DNA from: Eledone cirrhosa
Lineage: Eukaryota
Reading direction: 5' to 3'
Assembly (NCBI GenBank): GCA_964016885.1
Contig: OZ024741.1
Coordinates: forward strand, 344,162,001-344,226,000
DNA length: 64,000 bases
The translations under genes were made by a program, and so were the position numbers. Below the pieces are notes generated by a model. That model had not been told where the DNA came from. It worked only from the letters and a program-made list of their open reading frames with translations, and did no database searches. Positions 54,089 to 64,000 of this stretch are shown piece by piece (the stretch's first letter is position 1; each line of letters opens with the position of its first letter).

Positions 54089-54116
54089 GTATATATATAT
54101 GTATATATATGTATAT

Positions 54117-54257
<141 letters not shown>

Positions 54258-54531
54258 TAAAAGGAAAAGAAAATACTGACAAATTTTTCCCAGTGAAAAA
54301 TAGTTTATATATGTATATACATATATAGTATTAGTTATACTATTTATGGTTATGTAAATACAAAACCTTATGCAGTTATAAGTATTTTACACACACCCTA
54401 AATAGTGGTAGGCAGTAATGTATTACTACCTTATTACCAGTAAGTTAAGTAGCTCAATGTAAAAACATCAGATGATTTACAGAGCAGTTATATGAAATAT
54501 AAGAATCAAAGAACTGCTCAAAACATTATTG

Positions 54532-54578
54532 TGCTTACAGCTGTTTCCTCCAAACCGAGGTTTGGATTCTTCGGAGCA
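54532..54578 (-). ncRNA. Hammerhead motif, C4 variant
   Basis: tgct-CCGAAGA-a-tccaaacc tc ggtttgga-g-GAAA-CAGCTG-TA-agca. All stems pair perfectly. Confidence 0.75.
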
Positions 54579-57502
54579 ATTTATTAATGCATGGACAGTT
54601 ATATGACCTCCTTTTCAGCCGAGAGACATACCGATACATATTCAAACATTGATACATATTCAAACATTGTGGGTCAACATTCATTACAGAATTTAGAGTG
54701 GCAGTACACACTTCGAGATTACATTTATATTAAGAGGTACAATCAAAAATACAGGTTAAAATACAACATGAAGATAAGCGGTTATATAGTGCAAATGTTA
54801 TATGTGTGGCACGCATGTGCGTCTTGTTTATATAGTGTGGCAGAGAGATATGTGTGGTAGAGGCACTTAGGTAGGTAAACAAGAGTGTTAGGTTGGTAGA
54901 TCTGGTGGCAAATTCTTTATATGATTGATATAGTCTGTGTGGGGAGATATGTTATAAGCATTAAAAATAGTGCAAGCATTAAAAGTGTTAAAAGTATTGG
55001 AGATGCACAGCGAAGGGATGTCAAGTATTTCATGTACTTCGGCATTTTCATGGTCAGGGGAGTGTATTTTTCGATTATATGCCCCTCACATAATCCACGA
55101 CAATCCGATATTGAGCGTTTGACAATCCAGTTAGAGATCGTAGTCTGGTATTCTTTAGTTCAATACAGGAGGCTGTTACGTTTCGAGAAACGCCATTGAA
55201 TACCACCCGGAAGTGTGTGTGTGGCTAAGCGGAGTTAATGCATGCGGGGAGGTAACTCCGGGGTTTCTATACCTAGCTATTAAAATGTGTCACAATATAG
55301 ACCCTAATTTCTATGGTGATGCGCATCCTCCAAGAAAATTTTTAAAGCATAAAGTGTATTAACTATAGAGTAGTTTAATTAAGTTATGCTGAAGGTGATC
55401 ATATTATTATGGTGGATTAACCCATCGTAAGGTGCCACAAATGGAAATTATAGATGATGAGCGAGGATTCTAAATTAATGATCTCTGTGGTTGTAGTCTA
55501 CTCATAGGACCAGGCGCGGTGATTGCAGGATTGCTTCAGGACCCAATGATCTCTGGTAAGTTCTGGGTCATCGCTTGCTACATTGGATGTCGAAAGATAA
55601 TCATCCCCAGGCCGGCCAGAGGCCAATCCGCAGTCCTCGCGACCCCTCTCTGACCGTCAGATCATCCATATATGTACAACCCGCACGGCAGTTGCAATGC
55701 ATTCACTCACTGCGCTCAGCAGCCTGGTCCTACTGCTCAACAGCGTTACTAGATTAAATCATTTTTCATCTGTCTAAGGAAGGTGTTTCCTCTGCACAAC
55801 ACTATCCAACCGATCAATTCATGCTCAAATTACCCTTAGAGCGGTGTAGTGCCGTTCAAGTGGGTGGGTGTTGTCACACCTGACGTAGAGGTATAAATGG
55901 GTATTCTCCCTGCGAAGGGTTCCAGAGGGATGTCGTTGTTTGTGTTATAATAGATCAGTTAGTGTTGGGTATGTAGTATAAGGTGTGTCTCTGGTGTTTG
56001 ATGCTAGATGTGGTGCTAGGTTCCAGTCCGACATTGCTATATATTGGGCTTAACGTTTTGGAAGGAATGTCTGAAGCGGTGCTGGCAAGTTGCAAACACC
56101 TCAGATTTTTTGTTAAGTAGGTTACGGTTGGAGAAGATAATAGTGTGTGTCTCTAGTATACAGAGGTTACAAAGTTTATTAGGTGGTTTGTACGAGGTCG
56201 CGCTGCCTATCACTTCCCATTTGAGTGTGTATGGTTTATTTTTAGTTTTTAGATAGTGTATGTAGCTAGAAAGTGAGGTGGAGTTTGCTAGGCTGTGCTT
56301 TTTGAACGAGTGGATGTGCGAATTATATCTGATTTTGAAGCAGTTAGAAGTGGAGCCTACATAGGTTTCTGAAGAGTTGTTAGTCGTGACGGTGCATGAG
56401 TATATGATATCCTTGGTTAGGCATTTTTTATCTAAAGGGCAGGTTCTATTAGCTCTACAGTTACAATTATCCTGTGCGTTAGTCCGCTGGTTATAATGCA
56501 GTGCGGAAGTCTGTGTGGTAGCTATAGGATTTTGGGCGTTCGGGTTGACAACCCTGGTGTTATTACTTATACTAGTGTTATTTCTATTGTTACTGCCGTT
56601 GCTATGGTTGCTTGCTACAGTGGTATTTAGAGGGTTTGCATCCCGTTGTGATTTTGTTTGTTGGAATTAAGAACTAATTTTACTATTATTGCTGCTAGCT
56701 ATGTGGTATTCTAAGTTAGGCGTCGTAGAGTATGAGATTTTAATGGTGTTTTTGTTTAAGAGGTTGTGGTACTTGTGTCCTAGAGGGAAGTTTTTATCTA
56801 GTAGTGAGAAGAAAGCCCTAGGTATGTTGGTGGAGACATTTAGGTTGAAAGGAGGGTTGAAAAATGTATTATTTCTTCTTCTATTTTTGCTTTTAGTGTT
56901 TGGTGTGTTGCTTCTTCCTAAGGCCCCACACTAGTTTCCATGGTAATGGTTACTTCCGGTGGCACCCTCCGGTTTGGTGTACTTGTGGTTGCTATTCCTA
57001 TTATTAGGTTTCCTCATGGACATGTTGTGCGAGATGATGTTGTAGCTATGTGTTTTCTTAGGTAGGAACTCAATTTCTATATTATGGCCGGAGCTAGCTA
57101 ATGCTTGATTGTAATATTGTGAGTTTTTGCTAAATATGTTTGCGTCATAGGATAGACTAGAGATTCTATTGGACACCCCCTTAGAGATCGAGTTTAATAT
57201 TGATCTAGGGTGATTAGACTTGGTATCTACGTAAATAAGTTTCTCGTTAGGCTTATGGAAAGGTGTATATATTTTTGAGTCTAGGTATAATGTGGCGTCT
57301 AGGAAGTTAACATGTTTAGTGTTTTTGTCCATGGTGATACTAAGGTTAAAGTTTTTGAATGTCTTATGCAATTGTTTTCTAGTTCTTTCTATATTAAATT
57401 TGTTATATTCTATAAGTAGAAGTGCATCATCGCGGTACAAACCACCGCGGTATGTCTCTCGGCTGAAAAGGAGGTCATATAACTGTCCATGCATTAATAA
57501 AT

Positions 57503-57549
57503 TGCTCCGAAGAATCCAAACCTCCGTTTGGAGGAAACAGCTCTAAGCA
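57503..57549 (+). ncRNA. Hammerhead motif, C4 variant (inverted copy, two stem mutations)
   Basis: tgct-CCGAAGA-a-tccaaacc tc cgtttgga-g-GAAA-CAGCTC-TA-agca. Confidence 0.6.
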
Positions 57550-57737
57550 CAATAATGTTTTGAACAGTTCTTTGATTCTTATATTTCATATACATATATA
57601 TATATATTAGTAAAAGGAAAAGAAAATACTGATAAATTTTTCCCAGTGAAAAATAGTTTAATAGTATATATATATATATTAAGAAATACTGTATTATAAA
57701 ATACTGTTGGCTTCTTGCTCACAATAATTTCTATACT

Positions 57738-57821
<84 letters not shown>

Positions 57822-58130
57822 AGGGAGAAAAACGATTGTTAGGAAGAAAAAACTTTTTTTCTCTTTTTTCTGGGTTAGAAAATGTTTAAAACAAAATATT
57901 TATCTTTGTGTGAAGTGTTAAGGTATTTGTTAATTTATTTATTTAATAATTAACAATAGCATTGATTTATTTGTTTATTTTTTTATTTAATAAATAAATT
58001 AACAAATACCTTAACACTTCACACAAAGTTAAATATTTTGTTTTAAACATTTTCTAACCCAGAAAAAAGAGAAGAGAATAAAGGAAAAAAAAATATTTTT
58101 CTTCCTAACAATCGTTTTTTCTCCCTATTT

Positions 58131-58202
<72 letters not shown>

Positions 58203-58245
58203 AATATAAGTATTAATAAAAGAGATGTTCTTTTGATCAGTTACA

Positions 58246-58296
58246 TTTTATTATACATATTTCGGATGTACAACAGTACGTCCTCATCAGACAAAA
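58246..58296 (-). ncRNA. Type I hammerhead motif
   Basis: ttttgt-CTGATGA-ggacgtac tgtt gtacatcc-GAAA-TATGTA-TA-ataaaa. Confidence 0.75.
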
Positions 58297-59146
58297 TATA
58301 ATGATACATGACATAACCTGAAATCTTAAATGGTTAAGATTTAATCAAGGTAGTGATTACCGGATAGAAAATTTTACTTATATCATATCTATGTGAAAGT
58401 GCGAAAAGATAATAAATTCATTAGAGAATGTGTGAGTAAGAAAAAACGTTGCATACTTAAAGTGTTCTAAAATTTTAAATTGTTTGATACTACAATATAT
58501 CTAGGGAAACGTCTCATGAATCATAACAGCCCGTGATAGCCACTGGAAAAGGATTTATAAGGAGGGAAAGGTAAAGTGGGGCGGGGGTGTCGAAGGTTAA
58601 ACGGTTAGAATTTGAAAATATTTAATTTATAATATTAATGTGAAGACTCCAGATTTCAGGATTATTTGCAATTTATTTATATATTATTTATATATATTCG
58701 ATAAGTGTGTTATCATTTTCTTCTGAATTGTGAGAATAACATTTTAAAGGATTTAGCTGGCACGTAAAGAATGAAATATTATACTGTTTATTAATTACCT
58801 AAATCTAAATTTAACAAATATCTCAACATATTAGGTATGTAAAGCTTTTGAAATACTAATTGTTATAAATATTTGAATAACTATTATGTATATAGGTATA
58901 TATTAATGAGTCAGTATGTATAAGGTAAATAATACCGACGAAGATAAAAATAAAATAAAATAATATGTTACGGATAAAATTTATAGATACGTATAATTGG
59001 GTGTAAATGTACTAATTATTCTTCAACCAAGATATCAACATATTATTAGATATGGGGATGTATATATATAGATATATATTAGGTATTATTAATGTAGTAT
59101 ACTTTATGTAAATGATAACAGTTATACTTTTACAACGTGATACATT

Positions 59147-59186
<40 letters not shown>

Positions 59187-59364
59187 AAAAACGAACAATG
59201 AGTGCATGTATAAAGTTCAAAATAATGTCTATAATAATTTTTAGTTTGGATATTTTCTCTATATTTGAATCATGTAAATAGAAATATGGTAGGTATATTT
59301 AAAAATATTTAAAAATATATAAAATACAATATATAACTACATATATATTATAAAACATTATATT

Positions 59365-60916
59365 ATAAACGGAAAAAATGAAACGAAATTTCGTTTCTGA
59401 CTATTAGTACGGCTGTTACTTAAATATAAGTATGTATACGTACATAGATATATGTATACAGACGTACAGTAGTATGTATATATATATATATATATACATA
59501 ACATACATGCACACATATATATATGTACGTATGGATTCCCCGAACATTTATTATAATGCTCGGTGTGTTTGTAAACAAACATCCCGAATTAAGCCGTACA
59601 GTGTCTAGCAACCATCGTTGATCATTTGTTCAACACTGACAAAGGAACGCTGTACTAGTTTCAAGCTTATTAGCTATCGTCAGCAACGTATACCTTCCTG
59701 CCAGATGGTTGAACGTCTGAAAGTAAATACTTTCCTTATGCATATTAACGGCTGAGCAGCCTAATTTACATATCGAGTGAGTTAATCGGCCGGGGTACCG
59801 AAAACGATGAACGAAAAAAATGAAACGAAATTTCATTTCTCACTCTTAGTACGGCTGTTACTTAAACATAAGTATGTATACGTACACACATATATGTATA
59901 CAGACGTAAAGTAGTATGTATATATATATATATACATACATGCACACATATATATATGTACGTATGGATTCCCCGAACATTTATTATAATGCTCGGTGTG
60001 TTTGTAAACAAACATCCCGAATTAAGCCGTACAGTGTCTAGCAACCATCGTTGCTCATTTGTTCAACACTAACAAAGGAACGCTGTACTAGTTTCAAGCA
60101 TATTAGCTATCGTCAGCAACGTATACTTTCCTGCCAGGTGGTTGAACATCTGAAAGTATATAATTTCCTTATGCATATTAACGGCTGAGCAGCCTAATTT
60201 ACATATCGAGTGAGTTAATCGGCCGGGGTACCGAAAACGATGAACGAAAAAAATGAAACGAAATTTCATTTCTCACTCTTAGTACGGCTGTTACTTAAAC
60301 ATAAGTATGTATACGTACACACATATATGTATACAGACGTACAGTAGTATGTATATATACATACATGCACACATATATATATATGTACGTATGGATTCAC
60401 CGAACATTTATTATAATGCTCGGTGTGTTTGTAAACAACCATCGTTGCTCATTTGTTCAACACTGACAAAGGAACGCCGTACTAGTTTCAAGATTAATAG
60501 CTATCGTCAGCAACGTATACCTTCTTGCCAGATGGTTGAATGTCTGAAAGTATATACTTTCCTTATGCCGTACTAAGAGTGAGAAATGAAATTTCGTTTC
60601 ATTTTTTCCGTTTATCGTTTTCGGTACCCCGGCCGATTAACTCACTCGATATGCAAATTAGGCTGCTCAGCCGTTAATATGCATAAGGAAAGTATATACT
60701 TTCAGACGTTCAACCATCTGGCAGGAAAATATACGTTGCTGACGATAGCTAATAAGCTTGAAACTAGTACAGCGTTCCTTTGTCAGTGTTGAACAAATGA
60801 GCAACGATGGTTGCTAGATACTGTACGGCTTAATTCGGGATATTTGTTTACAAACACACCGAGCATTATAATAAATGTTCGGGGAATCCATACGTACATA
60901 TATATATGTGTGCATG

Positions 60917-60925
<9 letters not shown>
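59365..60925. repeat. ~433-bp tandem array (about 2.8 units on -) with a head-to-head 0.8 unit on +; retrozyme-like
   Basis: Inversion junction near 60567. HHRs at 59647-59689, 60080-60122 and 60474-60516 (-) and 60733-60775 (+). Confidence 0.9.
60733..60775 (+). ncRNA. Minimal type I hammerhead
   Basis: acgttg-CTGACGA-tagc taataa gctt-GAAA-CTAG-TA-cagcgt. Confidence 0.8.
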
Positions 60926-60970
<45 letters not shown>

Positions 60971-60999
60971 ATTTATTTATAAAACTGATCTATATTATA

Positions 61000-61060
61000 T
61001 TTTGTCTGATGAAAGCACACCATAATTTAACTTGGTGTCCTTAAAATATGTATAATGAAA
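61000..61060 (+). ncRNA. Hammerhead motif with G12 mutated (probably inactive)
   Basis: ttttgt-CTGATGA-aagcacacca..tggtgtcctt-AAAA-TATGTA-TA-atgaaa. Same family as 41348. Confidence 0.55.
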
Positions 61061-61411
61061 TAAATATGGTTTTATAAATATAGTTTACATTTGTTAATAT
61101 CGTATGTTTACTCCAAATACTTGTTGAGTGCTTTATATCAGTTATAAAAATATTTGCTTGTTGTAGCCCAACAATTTAAATAGAACTTTTGTATATATAT
61201 ATATATTTTTTTTTTTTATTTCCTGAGTTCGGTTTTCTTCGTCGCTATGGTCACTGCGGCCCGTCTATCGGTCGGTGTATTTGATTTGCAAAGCTGTCTA
61301 AACGTAATGTTTTAACTCTAGGGATTATTCCCTATTGAGTGCTTAGCTGCACGCCGAAACTGCATTTGTTAGCTTGGCTGCACCCAAAAGCTTCGTTGAT
61401 GCTGTGCTAAA

Positions 61412-61448
<37 letters not shown>

Positions 61449-61854
61449 TGTAATAAACAACATAAGACAATTATTTCATTTACCAGTGGTTTCTTGAAAG
61501 CAAACAAATTTTGCTTTCAATCATCAGAATGAAAAAAATCCTGGTGTATTTATTGACATTGGATTTTAAAAACAAAAATATAATCTATATGAAAGTGAGG
61601 CTGGAAAAGGAAGAAGGAAAGGAAAAATAAACACACATACACACACACACACACAATTATATACACACACATATATACATACACATATATATATATATAT
61701 ATACATACATATACACATATATATATATATATATACATACATACACATATACATACACGTATAAATACACATACATATACATACACATACATACACACAT
61801 ATATATCAACATATCCATACATACACATACATACAAATGCACAAACACACACAC

Positions 61855-61899
<45 letters not shown>

Positions 61900-61905
61900 C
61901 ATACA

Positions 61906-61939
<34 letters not shown>

Positions 61940-62289
61940 CACACAATCATACATATACACACACACACGTATATACACACACATACAACATATATATACA
62001 CGCATACATATGCATACACAAACATAGATATATGTATACATACCTACATACGCACACACACAAATAATTATAAGAAAAAAATATAATAAAAATACCGTCA
62101 CATAAGAATGAAAATATATGTAAAAATTATTATCAAGTTGACAGCGATACAGGCAACAAATAAATGAACAAACACACGTGGTAAGCAATACACACAATTG
62201 CACATACACACATAAAAATAAATACATACACACACACACACATACACATACATATACATATACACATACATTCACATACACATATACAT

Positions 62290-62326
<37 letters not shown>

Positions 62327-62494
62327 CACAAATGCATATACATACATACAAATACATACAAACACATACACATACATACAAATACATACACACACATGTA
62401 TGTGTGTAAAACTCTTTCTTAGAAGTATTCATTGAACCTTGTTTAACTCTTAAATATATATATACATATATATATACATACACATATCTATCTA

Positions 62495-62729
62495 TCTAAG
62501 GCGGGTAAAATTCCCGAGATCCATGAACGAGTTCTCTCCAGCAGTCTCTGTCCCTCATTATCGCTGCCATGTCCTGTGTCTCCAACAGACCAGTGTCTGT
62601 CCTTAGGGCATCAACATACGTTAACCTTGGTTTTCATCTTCTAGTGTGTCCATGTAGGGCTCCCAAAGGAGCACTGAGTGCAATGTCAACTCTGGATGTC
62701 GGTGAGCATGTCCAGCTAACCTCAGTGAC
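62495..62729 (-). mobile_element. RTE-clade LINE 3' end
   Basis: LRLAGHAHRHPE...VLLWEP.., then KPRLTYVDAL..MRDRDCWR. Confidence 0.72.
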
Positions 62730-62807
62730 ACATATATATATATATATATATACTATCAATAATAATGAGTTCAAAACTCAGGCAGTCTTTTACAATGAAA
62801 TGTTGAT

Positions 62808-64000
62808 ATGTTGGTAGAAAGGACTAGAAAACTATTGCACAAAACATTCAAAAACTTTAACCTTAGTATTACCATGGACAAAAACACCAAAAACGTCAAC
62901 TTCCTAGACGCCACACTCTACTTAGACTCAATGATATATGCACCTTTCCACAAACCTAATGAAAAACTCATCTACGTAGATACCAAGTCTAACCACCCTA
63001 AATCTATATTGAACTCTATCTCTAAGGGAGTATCTAATAGAATCTCTAATCTATCCTATGACATAAACACATTTAACAATAACTCGCAGTATTATAATCA
63101 GGCATTAGCTAGATCAGGCCATAATACAGGGATAGTGTTCCTACCTACAAAAACACATAGCTACAGCATCATTTCACACAACATGTCCATGGGAAAATTT
63201 AACAATAGGAATAGCAACTGCACACACACTAATAGGGATTGTAACAACAAGAGTAACCCGCACCACAGAAATGACCATAGGAACATTAAAGGAAACAAAT
63301 CACCAGACATAAAAAACAGAAATAGAAGAAGAAATAATACATTTTTCAACCCTCCTTTCAATTTAAACGTCTCTACCAACCTTCCTAGGGCTTTCTTCTC
63401 ACTACTAGATAAACACTTCCCATCCGGCCACAGGTACCACGGCCTTTTAAACAAAAACACTATTAAGATCTCATACTCTACTACGCCTAACTTAGCATAC
63501 CACATAGCTAGTACAAATAAAAGAAAAATTAATTCTTACTTCAAACAAACTAAATCACAACAGTCGATAAACCTTCAAAATAACATTCAAAATAACAGTC
63601 AAAGTAACATTATAACAAATAACCGTAATATCAATGGAAATAATAGTAATAGCACTAGTGGAAACATTAACGCTGCGTACCACAACCCGCATAACCATAA
63701 CCCTATAGCTAACCTCCAAACTTCTACACAGCATAGTAACCGGCAGACTAGCACCCAGAGTAATTGTAACTGTAGATCAAGTAGAACCTGCCCTTTAGAT
63801 AAAAAATGCTTAACCAAGGATATCATATACTCATGTCAGTCACAACTAACAGCTCTTCTGAAACCTACATAGGCTCCACTTCTAACTGCTTCAAAACTAG
63901 ATACAATTCGCACCTCCACTCTTTCAAAAAACACAGTCTAGCCAACTCCACTTCACTATCTAGCTACATACACTATCTAAAAACTAAAAATAAAATATAT
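62808..64000 (+). pseudogene. Naiad-like PLE fragment (RT thumb to GIY-YIG), running off the window
   Basis: VNFLD, SNHP, FNPPF, CNCRSSRTCPLDKKC, frameshift near 63835. Colinear with 56250-57400 (-). Confidence 0.85.

Larger units (their letters stand above)
54310..57592 (-). mobile_element. 5'-truncated Naiad-like PLE with an inverted copy of its 3' terminal region at the 5' end
   Basis: Disrupted ORF 57447-56037: GLYRDD, VNFLD, SNHP, FNPPF, CNCx5Cx5C, IIY..YVGST, CNLC, CQHR. Inverted repeat 54490-54633 / 57448-57592. The long 3' region may be composite. Confidence 0.8.

Noticed and set aside
56037-56470. Selenocysteine recoding, as reported for some Naiad PLEs
   Set aside because: The conserved Cys positions read here and at 63763-63809 use TGT/TGC. 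No in-frame TGA was seen at those sites.

Overview
Gene-poor, AT-rich eukaryotic DNA made almost entirely of transposable elements nested in (TA)n, (CA)n, (TAA)n and (CATA)n microsatellites. The SINE family present suggests an octopus or other cephalopod (inference). No host gene could be supported. Autonomous-type elements are a near full-length Tx1/L1-clade LINE (10.4-16.4 kb), three R4/Dong-clade LINEs (one with an intact 1130-aa ORF), several Penelope-like elements (PLEs, RT plus GIY-YIG, some Naiad-like) and a decayed Tc1/mariner. Smaller repeats include MITEs, RTE 3' ends and tRNA-derived SINEs. The main signal not visible in the ORF track is about 30 type-I hammerhead ribozyme (HHR) motifs found by eye on both strands, from roughly a dozen sequence families. 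Several show compensatory stem changes and recurrent core variants (U3:A8 and C4). Two non-coding families form tandem arrays with one HHR per unit and a head-to-head inverted arm: a near-perfect 591-bp unit at 49.4-53.1 kb and a ~433-bp unit at 59.4-60.9 kb. This fits retrozyme-like, self-cleaving, possibly circular RNAs copied into (TA)n by PLE machinery. All structures were read manually and ribozyme activity is untested.
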